A stretch of DNA of 64,000 bases. Origin: the human T2T-CHM13v2.0 reference genome, Homo sapiens. Below are positions 45,014 through 56,626 of this stretch, piece by piece. Positions within the stretch are counted from its first letter, which is position 1. Each line of letters begins with the position of its first letter. The stretch lies in the NCBI RefSeq assembly GCF_009914755.1, contig NC_060935.1. One strand, written 5' to 3'. The notes under the pieces were generated by a model. It was not told the origin of the DNA and did no database searches. It saw only the letters and a list, made by a program, of their open reading frames with translations. The position numbers were made by a program, and so were the translations under genes.

Positions 45014-47892
45014 CCCATGCTTTTTTCTATCTCCTATACTAGCTCCATATCTTGTTGTCTGAATCAGTATAAATTTTTATACAAATTGAATTTTTAAACA
45101 CTATAAAAACTATAGTATAATACAGTATAGTATAATGTAATAGCTATGAGCATTAGCTATGAGCCACACTTACGTTTCCTTGTTTGTAAAATGGGAACAA
45201 TAACTACCTCATAGCATTATTGAGGGGATCAAATAGCAAAATGCTTTAAATTGTATTTTTTATAACAACCTGTTGAATTTATTTTACCAATTTTGTTGAG
45301 CAGATTGAGACAATGAAACATCAAGATACTTGAACAAGATAATTGGGAAGTGAAACATCCGTAATGGGTTAGAGAATTTCAGAGCCCTCAGCTCATCCAA
45401 TCTTCACAACCACCCTCCAAAATGGTCTTATGCCCATTTCTAAACTGAAGCCCAGTAAGTATTGGAAGCTTATACAGGATTCTAAAGCTAGCAAGTGGCA
45501 GAGCTATGATGTAAACTCCAGTTTGCCCACCCTAATTGCCATGTGTTTTTGTTTTATTTGGTTTGGTTTCTCCAGTAGTTAGATGGAATCAAATGAAATT
45601 GAGATGAAATATGCCAAAAATAGTCACATTTGGCAATTCCATATAGTTCAATGTGTATTTAGAACTATACTGTGGAAAAATCATCACAACTCTTCACTAA
45701 CACTCTTCTTTCTCTATCTTTTCCTTTACTTTTTTTTTCCAAATTCACAACCTAACATCCTACAGATATCAACACTGATTTGAACAGAAGACCATTAGAA
45801 AGGATTTTAGAGGAATAGAAGATATGATTTCTGCTTTCACATAACTACTATCTAGTTGGGTAGATATGCTAACCATGCAAGAAACTATCAAAGGGCAAAA
45901 CAATGAAGGAGAAATTCAACTGCCCATCAATCAGTGAATATATATGTGTCATGCCCTATGCTTGTCTCTGGTGGATGCAGTGATAAGTAGAAGATACATG
46001 GTTCTTGTCCTCACAGAACAATGGCAGAGATAGTAGAAAACAAATAGTTACATAATTACAGATGTAATATGTTTTCAGAGTACCCATCACTTCTTTTCTC
46101 TGCTGACTAAACAACCCATCTACATACATCCTATCATTCTGAACTTGCCTTAACATCCATCTGCAGATCTTCCTTGACTTCAGTGAAATGGGAGGTGGCT
46201 AGTTAATTTTAGAAGCAGCCTGTATTTATTTTACAGACTCCCTCTTTTTTATCTTTGTAGATGGCTTTTCTGGCTATCCCAGATTAGAACAATCCCTTCA
46301 ATGGAAAGCAAATATATAATTAAGTAGGGTGGGCTCATTCTCTCTGGGAGAGACTACTTGCTTAAAAAAAACATATCTAGTCTGGGGGAGCTAAATTAAA
46401 AATGTAATTAACAACTTTCTCCTTAAAACATAAAATTACAAACCACAGAAGGCTCTGTTACAAGCATGCTCATCATTTGGGGGATGTCAAATATGGTCTT
46501 GATGTTTCTGATGCTTCTGGTGAAAATCATGTAGCCACTGGGTGGAGAACACAAAAGATGATTTAATTCACAGGATAAAACCCCAGATGTAACCACTCAG
46601 TCAATGAAACTCTTTAATTTCACTCTCTTTGTACTTATGGTTGAAACTGCATAAGAATTAGATACTTTGAAAATAGACTTTGCTTTCTTAAACATATTTT
46701 ATAGAAGGTCTGGCCGATTTTAGTGTGCATGAATAGTATACTTTCCCTAACTTGAAGTTCCTGTATTTCAATCAAGTTTGGTTTGGTTTTCTATCTAACC
46801 TGTTTTAAGGACCCTTTTAGAATTTTAGTCGTGAATGTATTTCAGAGAATGTGAATTGGCCAACAGCATATTGAATCCAAGTATTAAATCATCTTTTGAT
46901 GGGAACATCCTATTTCTCAGAAGCTTTTATTTCATTGCCACAGCAGTAATAATCATCTGAATACTGCTTAATGGAGTAATTTAATCAATATGTGAGTCCA
47001 TTGGCTCTTAAGAGTTCCTTTCATTGTTTCAAGCAATATTTGTATTGGCATTCTTATGCATCATGTACTTCATTTTAAAATTCAGAAATCTTTGGGTTTG
47101 TGCTATAGGTTACTAGAAATATTATAGACTAATAAAAATAAATATTTTCATGAAAATTAAAGGAATAAATCTGCATTTAACAACAAAAGGCTCCATCTTC
47201 TCCAAATCTCTACTGCTTAAAATGAACCTAACAACAAAAATAACAACAAACACAATAAAATAAAAGTGGGATCCCATGGTTTCCTATCTGAACAGAGACA
47301 GTAATTATTGCATTTAATCCACCAAAAAGTATAAATTATTTTCTCCAGTGTACGGATAAGAAAACTGGAGCTCAAGGAGGCTAAAAGACCAAATATTACC
47401 CAAGTTAAAAAATTGAGAGAGGATTTGAAATCAATTCCATCAAGCCAACACACTTTCCACTAAACAATATTGTCTAGTTGGAAGAAATAAAAATCAACTG
47501 ATGGCTATTGTAGGAATCAAAGAGGGTGGAGGTAAAGTGATAGCAGTAAGAAAGGAGAAGCAGCAATGGATTTTGGATGTTTCCCCAAAATTACCCACTG
47601 TGGCTTTCAGCTAGATGAAGTCATTTCCAATAACTGGTAAGGGAGACAATTTAAAAGAAGAAATGACAATAAAAACTGGTAGTACAATTTATTAAAATAT
47701 TGGACAAAAATCAAAGCTGACTTGTTTCTGCCTTGAAAAGCAATATGGTAGTTAAGTACATGTACTTTGTAGATGGGCTATCCTGAAACTAAGCTGTTAC
47801 TCTTTTAATAGTGATGCAATTCAAGACAGTTATTTAACCTCTTTTAGCCTCAGTTTCCTTAATTAATTATTTAAGAGATAATATAATAATGC

Positions 47893-48400
47893 TGTTTTAG
47901 TGTGGATTTCCCCTAATAGCAGAGCCTGATATAAGACTTACATACAGGCAGATTATTTTTGGAAATGATCTCTAGTAAGAGAAATGGGGGGCTTGGAAGA
48001 CTCAAACATGAAAAGAGAGCCAATCAGAGAACATGCTATTGAGCTGGCTACCATTATGGGCAAATAAGTGTTGGTCTCTGCAAAACACCGAAAGAGCTAT
48101 GCAAAATACATCTCAGAATTGCCCCTTGAAAGAATGGAAAAAGAAAATATTTACCCATCATCACCTATTTTTCAGAGTTGCCCTGTGTTGCCCTAACTTC
48201 CTCCTGCTTACAATTTTGCATATATGTCAGGGTGGAATTGTGGACATGAATAGGCAACCCATATTATGGTGGTAGAGAGGCCCTGGGACAGAATGCACAA
48301 GGTATACAATAGAGCTAAGGCAAGGTCCTGTTAAGTTATGTGTTCACAGATATTTACTATAGTAAAGATTAGAGTAAAAAGGTGAGCCAAAAAGGTACAA
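47893..48400 (-). mobile_element. LTR33-like ERVL LTR
   Basis: GCAGAGCCTGATATAAGAC...ATTTTTGGAAATGATC resembles the reverse of the LTR33 end. Confidence 0.5.
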
Positions 48401-48607
48401 TGAGAGCAAGCATATCAGTGGATGCCAGGGGCCAGTGGATAGAATGAGGTGATTGACTACAAAGGTGAATGGGGTGGTTTTTGAAAATGTTCTATATAAT
48501 GAATGTGTGATGTTTACATAAGCGTATACTGTACGTGTCAGAAATTTCTCTAGTTGTACTCTTATAATTGGCAATTTAATTATTAATACAAATATAACTA
48601 CCAATAT

Positions 48608-49058
48608 TGCTATGGTTTGGATGTGGTTTTTCCCCGCCAAATCTCATGTTGAAATCTGATCCTCAATTTAACAATTTTGGGACTGGAAACTAGTGGGAAG
48701 AATTTGGGTTATATAGGCAGATCTCTCATGGATAGATTAATGCCCTCCTAAAGGGGGTAAGTTCTTTCTCTCACAGGAATGGATTAGTCCTCATGAGAGC
48801 AAGTTGTTAAAGACAGTCTGGCTTCCTCAACTTTTCTCTCTGTTGATTCCTCTCTTGCCATGCGATCTCTTTGCACACGTCTGTTCTTCCACTTTCTACC
48901 GTGAGTTAAAGCAGCCTGTGGCCCTCACCAGATACAGCTGCTCAATCTTGAACCTTCCAGCTGCCAGAATCATGAGCCAAATAAACCTCTTTTCTTTGTC
49001 TTTGTAAGTTACCCCGCCTTGGGTATTCTGTAATGACAACACAAAGTGGACTAAGACA
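48608..49058 (+). mobile_element. MSTB-type solo LTR inserted in an L1M 3' end
   Basis: TGCTATGGTTTGGATG...GGACTAAGACA; perfect TSD AATAT (48603-48607 and 49059-49063). Confidence 0.9.
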
Positions 49059-49559
49059 AATATAAATTATACTTCAATAAAGTTGGTTGTTTTAAAAAAG
49101 GATGAGCCGAGACATGCAATAAATACAAGAAATGTCTGATAAGCACGTATTTCATATAATCTTGAGATTTAATGCAGTAGCATATGAAAAGCATATTAAT
49201 TGACACATAGAAAGTATTTAAATACTAGTAGTTATTATAATTATTAAATACTAACTGGAGATAATCCTGGTGATTTTGAAAGAAGTAGAAGAGTTGGGAA
49301 GTTGAACTAATTTAAGGAAAAATTAATTTAGCCATATGTTTGTCCAAATTAGGGTAATGTAAAAACATATCAGTGACTTACAAATTTTGTAAGTAATTAA
49401 GAAATTTTCAATGAGAAGTAAGTGTGGAGCTGAATACTGACATGAGCCCCTCAAAAAGTGATGGTTAATGGAATAAATGAAAATAACAGGAGAGACTTTG
49501 TTGAAAGAAGACAAATAGTCAAGGAAGTGATAGAGGATACAAAAGAAAGATGAAAACTT

Positions 49560-49790
49560 ACATTCATTTAGTGTCTACCATGTGCCAAAGACATTATTAT
49601 TATTTAGTTTTCATAACAACAACATCTGGTGGATATGATTACTTCCATTATATAGGTTAGGAAGGTAAAGCTTAGAGGTTTGTGAACCCACTAAGTTCAA
49701 AGTTGTGTAGCCAATAGGTGGTTGAGTGAGAATTCAAAACTGGAACAGATTTGCTTGATCCAGAATGGTATGACTTTATTGTCCATGCAT
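49560..49790 (-). mobile_element. MIR
   Basis: CTACCATGTGCCA...CATAACAAC...CTTAGAGGTT. Confidence 0.65.
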
Positions 49791-50599
49791 TTCCTTCTAC
49801 ATTGTACTGCCTGTAAAGTGGGAGTCAGTTATGGGAGGAGACTCAGAATGTCACAGGTCTTGCAAGCTGTTGTGGAAAATTTGGAAAGAGGCATTGGATT
49901 TAATGACTGATACAGGTCAGTGAAGAATGATCTTGGAGAGAACAGTTTTCTTCAGTGGCGTGGTAGTGTTCAAAACAGGATTTGATGGATGGTAAAGAAA
50001 ATGTAGAACCAGTGTGTGTAGACTCCTTGATGGAAGAGTTTATTGGTAAAAGATCAGAGGAAAATTGCAATATAGATTTGTCCATTCAAACCCCAAAGTC
50101 CAGATTCTTACTGCAATATTTGATGTAGCCAATATACAGCAGTTGAATTCAATTTTGGCCCCTGTTTATGTGTATGCTAAAGAAAAATAACAATCCTAAG
50201 CATATGCCACTTAAACAAGAGGATGTGATTATACCATGAAACACTTGTGACCATAGGAATATAGCAGTGCTAAGTCAAAATAGGTCTTATCTCACCCCTT
50301 CCTGTCATTTGCTGCCATTGTTTGCCAAAGGTCTAGCACCTGTCTTCAGAGGAAAGTCAAAACGTTAGTGCTCAGATGGTGGGATGAATTCCTGAATTAC
50401 TGTTGGCTCTGGTAGTTTCTTCCGATCAATTTTATAGTTTCTTTAGAACTAGAAAATTAGTTCTCAGAATGGCACTTGGCCACCCAATGTATATAATACA
50501 ATTACTCAACCAGCTGCTTGAAAGCAAGGGACAACAGAGAAGTCAGCTACTGGCTGACCTCAGGCAATAGGAAATTTGATGATACTCCTTGGTCAAATC

Positions 50600-51160
50600 C
50601 TTCATTTAACATACATTTATATAGAACCTTTCTGTGTCAGGCACCATTCTAGGTACCACAGATACAACAATAAAGAGAACTGACAAAACCTCAGCCTTCA
50701 TGGAGTTTATATGCTAACACATATGCATAAACAAACACATATAAAAATCCAGAAAGTCTTTACTGCTGTGAAGACAAACAACACAGAGTAAGCAGATACT
50801 GATGTTGGGTTGTTGCCTTAGGGTGGTCAGCAAAGTTGTTTCCAGGGAAGTGACATTTGCATGAAAAACTGAATAATGTAAGACAGTTAACCATCAAACA
50901 TCTGTATGAAGATCTTTAGGAGGAGTAGGGGAACAGCAAGTGCAAAAGCCCTGTGATGGGAAAGTGCTTGTTATGTCTGAAGAACAGCAGTATGACACCA
51001 TGGCTGGAGGGTAGTTGGGGAGGGAGAGAGACGTGGGAAATAATAATGGAGACTTAGTTAGGGCCACATCATGTAAATAGAACTTTTGCAATTCTATAGA
51101 CAAGAACTATGTTTTGATTTTTCCCTAAGTCCACAAAATAGTTTGTGATAGAAAGCCATC
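50600..51160 (-). mobile_element. L2 fragment
   Basis: TTCATTTAAC...TGTGTCAGGCACCATTCTAGG...GGGAACAGCAAGTGCAAAAGCCCTG. Confidence 0.8.
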
Positions 51161-53708
51161 GATAGATTGAAAACGGGAGTATTATTTGTAACCTCAGTTG
51201 CTGTTCCATGCAGGCGTAGGAGAGAATAATGCTTCCTTGCTCCATATCTATTGCTGAACAGTTCTCCATGATCTCTGTAGTCTGAGGACAAATGACAGTT
51301 TTCTGGTTACAAGACAGAGGGGATATGCCACCCTAGGCATTGAGATTGGGAAATATCAAGCATGCATGTGACTGCCAAGTATTAAACCCCATTTTCTGAT
51401 GACCAGTAGGGTTCCAGGTATCAGCACATAAAGTGAGCTTTTTCCGAGAAGAATGAAAGATGGCAGGCAGAAATGAACAAGCTAGTAAAGAGGACTGAGG
51501 CTTATTGTTAAGGTCTGGGGCCTAAAAATGTCAGGATTCAAAGTGATCAATTTGGAAAATAAAGAGATTTGGACCCTCCTCTGAAACCAGGGAGTAGTGA
51601 ATATGTAGAGTCAGAAAGTAACTGCAAATTCCAGAGAAACTGTGGAAGCAGCATTTTGTAGGAGTGTGGGGGAAACAACACCCTCAACTACTATTCCTAC
51701 CTTCTGGTAAATCTATTACTTTAAATTTACCTCTGCCAGCCAATAAAACTTTTTCATGTTTTGGTACATTTTAATTGTTTCCAAAGTCCTTTCATGCATA
51801 GGATTTATTTGACTTTTACAACAACCTGAGAAATGGCTGGAACAAGTTAAGAAACTTCACATCCAGAGAAGGGAGCTGGGGATCAAAGAAGCCAAGTCAT
51901 CTGTCCATAATCACTGTGCTGCCCACCTTATTAAGGGGTAAGGATTTAATGTGTGTCTTTTCACTCCTGCACAATGCTCCATGTATTAGAGTATGGCATT
52001 TTATGTGAACTGCAGAGATATTCAAAATACATGGAATAAATGAAATTTTTAGGTGTTAAGAAAACCATTGCATGATAAGAAGTCCGAAAGGATGGAACTT
52101 CCAGGAGTCAAAGTTTTGATATGTGAAGAAATAAAAAAAAGCAAACTAATCTAGGCCACAGATGGGAGGTACCACATCCTTGCTTTAAATACTAGAAGGA
52201 AAATATATTCATTAGGTGGCTTCCTGAGGCCTTTACTAGTCTTCGGAGTCTAGCTTGTAAACTTATGCTCTTTAATCTGATTAAGTTCAGTGATTCAATC
52301 AGCCTGCTAGAATAATAAAAACTTCACATGCAGGGGTTGCTCAAGAGTGTACATTTAACTTTCATACAGCTTAGGCTCTTTTTTTCACATACTGTACACT
52401 TACATTCCTGAGATGCCTTTCCTACAGGGAATTCACACTTTTACTGATTAGCAGGCATACAAATACTGTCAGGTGCCAGTTGATAGTTTAGTTTCCAAAA
52501 TATCACCATTTATATCTTTATAACTATGTTTACATGATCGTTTAAAAACTTTGGCATACTACTCAGGATAAGATATAAAAGGCAAATAAGAAAAAGTGTT
52601 ACCAGATGCTTGTAATAATTTAAACAAAGGCTGAAATCATTTGGATGGTTAAAAAAAGACAACTTTTGGGCTATATTCAATACTTAACTGAATGTTCAAT
52701 TACATTAAAGGAACACATATAAATTACTCAGAACGTAATTCTGGAAATGTATGGTTAAAGATTGTATCTAACGAGGCAGAGTATAGTGATGGAGGAGAAA
52801 ATGGGCATATCCTAAAAGTATAAATGTATAAGCAATATAAAATATGTCAATGATATGAATATAGAGAATATTTCTCTCAAGATCTAAAGAGTTATGGTCA
52901 CAACCCAGACCTTTATTAGAAGGACACAGCTGGTTTTCAACTCTTGCTAACAAAGTTTAAAGCATGTTGATAACAATCTAAGCAAATTCAGCCTGAAAAT
53001 GTTTCATTTAGTATGGAGCAAAATCATCAACATATAATGTCTTCTCATACACATCATTTCAAATACAGAACAGAATAAAAAAACATGAAACAAGGAATTA
53101 TATAAAATACTAGAAAAATAATTTTATTTTCTTTATTTTAACTTCATCTATATAAAGCAAAGATTCTCCCCAGCTCTTAACTCACAATGTCCACAGCATC
53201 TAGAAAAATACCTGATTTCAGGAAAAATATTAGAAAACATTCATATTGTAGAAATTTTCTTAGAAGCCCAAACAAGGATTAATAATCAAGAGATGATAAC
53301 CAAACACTTCTATCACAATTAGTCATTATAATTTAATGTGTAAATCTATGCTTATGTATAGTCACCTTTCAAACACAATTCCAAATTACATCAAGTAGGG
53401 AATTGCCTACCTATAGTCTTAAATCACTTGACTAGAGCTCATGTATTCGTAGACATATAGGCAGGAAAGTAAGGTATAGGGGCAAAACTGATTTCCAGTT
53501 CCGTGGTTAATCATAACCTTTACCAAACCACTTCTCTCTAGGCCTGTTTCCTTATCTGCAAAAGGTGATTCTCAGTTCTGAAATATCAATAGAATGGTGG
53601 GTGGGGAGGGGAATGCAGTAGCAGAAAAATGAAGAAAGGTCAAGACTTCTTTGGTCACCTCATCCTAACTTTCAAATCACCCCATCCTTATCCTAAACTC
53701 AGAGTCAC

Positions 53709-54071
53709 TGATATGGTTCGCTGCGTGGCATGCCCAGGGAATTGTAATAATTCTCACCCTGAATTGTAATAATCCCCACGTGTCAAGAGCAGGGCCAGGT
53801 GGAGATAATAATGGGGGTGGTTTCCCCCATGCTATTCTAGTGATAGTGAATAAGTTTCAGGAGATCTGATGGTTTTATAAATCGGAGTTCCCCTGCACAA
53901 GCTCTTGCCCTCCCCCCATGTAAGACGCACCTTTGCTTTTCCTTTGCCTTCTGCCATGATTGTGAGGCCTCCCCAGCCATGTGGAACTGGGAGTCCATTA
54001 AACCTCTTTCATTTATAAATTACCCAGTCTCAAGTATGTCTTTATTAGCAGCATAAGAACAGACTAATACA
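53709..54071 (+). mobile_element. THE1C-type solo LTR, about 1 kb upstream of the CpG island
   Basis: TGATATGGTT...GAACAGACTAATACA; perfect TSD GTCAC (53704-53708 and 54072-54076). Confidence 0.93.
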
Positions 54072-54361
54072 GTCACTCCCTCCTCATCACTCAAGGCTCT
54101 CAGCTGAGACCTCTACCTCACTGTTAGTTCATCATCAGTCTTATTTCCCCGCCATTAGACAGTGAATCTAGTCTCTCAATTATTGTGTAGTTGGCAGTTG
54201 ATCGGGTCTCAAAAACACAGAACCAATGCAGAGGGGCCTGTGAGGAGTAGAACGACCCATTCTGCTTGAGGTTAAAGTTCTGGTTGGGGTGGGCAGGAAG
54301 TGGAGGGGGGAAACAAAGTAACCCTTTGAAATGGAGTAGGGATCAATGTAATATGAGTTAA

Positions 54362-54684
<323 letters not shown>

Positions 54685-54714
54685 TCATCCCAGCTGGACT
54701 ATAATATGGGTTAA

Positions 54715-54900
54715 TCTTAATAGCAGCTAAATGTTTAACACATTCTGTGGCAAGGACTGTGCACCGTGCTTCTCTCAACAGCCTAGGAGGTGGGTACTAT
54801 TATCATTCTCCTTTAAATATGTGGAAACTGAAACTTAGAGAAACTTGCCCCACACTATCCAACTCTTAAGGGGCAGAGGCTGACTTGGAACTCAGGCCAC
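54715..54900 (-). mobile_element. MIR
   Basis: TCTCAACAGCCT..GAGGTGGGTACTATTATC...GGAAACTGA...AACTTGCCC. Confidence 0.7.
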
Positions 54901-55313
54901 AAGGGATGACCTTCCCCCACCTGTAGAGGGCAGAGATCCTGCTGGGAACCCAGGAAGCAGGCAGGGCCAGGAGAAAAGTCAATACTCCCGCTCCAGACGC
55001 TATGGGGAAGGGGCTGCTGGCACCTTGGAGTCTCGGGCCATGAGCCGGCCTTAAAAGGGAGGGGTTCCTTTAAGGGAGAGGGACTTTTCCCCACGAGACC
55101 AAAAGTAACTCCCAACTGGGAGAGGGGTTCTCTCCGAGTGGCACGCATGAGCGGATCGATGAAGACCCGGCCAACCGGCTGAGGGAGCATCGGGACCCCC
55201 TTTGGGGATCGGAGGAGGAGGATTCCGACAGGAGGGAAGCGGCAGCCCTGGGGAACCAGGATTCCTGGTCGTGGGTGGACCCAGTGGAAAAGGACGTGCG
55301 AAGCCTGTACAGA

Positions 55314-56000
55314 ATGGAGCAGGCCGGCCAACAGGGCCGGGGGGCGGCGGGTCCCGAGGAGGGACGGGAGGCTGCATGTCCGGAGGAGGTGCGGGAGGCG
55401 GCAGAGCAGGGACCTGGGGACGGCTTGAGCGGAGAGGAGGGGGCCAGCGTGGAGCCAGCCGGGCCGGGGGGCGGGGAGATGGCGGTCTCCGAGGGTGGGG
55501 CGCCGGCCGGTCTTGCGGTCTGGAGGCGGGGAAAGAGGCGTGGAAACAGGGACGCAGCGAAGGGGAAAGGAAAGCTGCCAGAGGGCAGGAGTGGAAAGGA
55601 TCCTGGCGAGCACCGGGAGGAGTGGCGGCTGCGGGATCAGCTGCCGAGCAGGCACAGGGACAGGTGCCTGGAGAAGTACTGGGAGAGCGCCCAGGAGCGC
55701 TACCGGCTGAGGGTGGGGAAGCGCAGGGCCAAGCGCGCGAAGCAGGTTGTGGGGGACCGGGTCGAGTGGAAGTACCCGCCGGAGAGGAAGGCCGGCTGGC
55801 TGTGGCGCCCAGAGACGGTGGAGTCCGAGGAGGAGGAGAAGGAGGCCTGCAGAAGGAAGAGCAGGCCCTTAGAAGTCCAGCAGCAGCAACTCCGGCGGCC
55901 CACAGTCAGATTCAGCACCTGCCTCAGATCTCCACGTCTGTCTCAGCTGCCCCTCTCCTGCTGCCTCTCAGGCACCAGTGCCATTAACGAGCTGGCGAAG
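55314..56000 (+). other. Candidate 229-codon in-frame N-terminal extension of ANO5 (unproven)
   Basis: AGA-ATG-G at 55314 and GAG-ATG-G at 55479 are in frame with ATG 56001; no in-frame stop after TAA 55071-55073. Confidence 0.3.
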
Positions 56001-56040
56001 ATGGGCGACCCGGATCTCCTGGAAGTGTTGGCGGAGGAAG
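56001..56040 (+). CDS. ANO5: Anoctamin-5 (TMEM16E), coding part of exon 1 (40 nt)
   Basis: AAG-ATG-G Kozak context; translates MGDPDLLEVLAEE-G, the ANO5 N-terminus as I recall it; followed by donor AAG|GTAGGA. Confidence 0.95.
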
Positions 56041-56605
56041 GTAGGACCGCGCCAAGAGGCGTCAAGGGAGAGCCAGGCTGGCTGCCTGCACCCCTCCACC
56101 CGCGGCGCAGAGGCCCCGGGGGACGTTGGCGGCCCTGCGGCCTGAGTCCTAGGGAGGTTCGCTGCGTGGCGTGCTCAGCGCGAAACCGGGACTGCGGGGC
56201 AGAGTCCCCCGCCTGGGGTGAGTGGGGTTGGTTTCGGCGCCCCACAGATTTCTCTGCTGCTCCTGCGCGCCAGGGACCTGCGACCTGTGACCCCTATGGT
56301 TCCGGAACACCCTCCTTGCTCCCCTGCAGGCCTGGGAACCGCCGAGTAATTCAGGGCTGCTAGGCTAGCGCTGCAGTGCTTGGGTCTCCGAACCCAGCCA
56401 ATGGAAACGAAGGCTTTCCCAAAAAAAGCAGCAGTATAGAGTGCAAGACAGCTATCCCACGTGTAAGGAGCTGGTCCTTGAGTCTTATTACCTCACTCTC
56501 TCTGCCCGTTACTTATCATGCTTTGAGATGCTTGTTAATTGTAGGAGTAGCAGATCCTAAAATCTATCAGTTTGAGATACTGAGAGCCATAGGCACTTGG
56601 AAAAG

Positions 56606-56626
56606 CTGCTGCTGCTGCTGCTGCTG
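56606..56626 (+). repeat. (CTG)7 trinucleotide repeat in intron 1
   Basis: Direct reading: AAAG(CTG)7TTGC. Confidence 0.95.

Larger units (their letters stand above)
54985..56390. promoter_or_regulatory. ANO5: CpG island / ANO5 promoter and 5' leader, with GC boxes
   Basis: Abrupt rise in GC and CpG in non-repeat sequence; GGGGCGG boxes at ~55341 and ~55468; surrounds the ANO5 start codon. The TSS cannot be read from sequence. Confidence 0.9.

Noticed and set aside
55202-55987. 261-aa Gly-rich ORF as an independent gene
   Set aside because: TTG start, low complexity and explained by T-depletion; kept only as a possible uORF from ATG 55376
54855-56245. Minus-strand ORFs over the CpG island (266, 108, 72 and 100 aa) as an antisense gene
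   Set aside because: Pro/Leu/Arg-rich shadows of the skewed GC-rich strand, with no recognisable domain
56041-56363. C-terminal part of the 362-aa ORF (55275-56363) as coding sequence
   Set aside because: It runs through the exon 1 donor at 56041 into GC-rich intron; the ANO5 protein match stops at EEG
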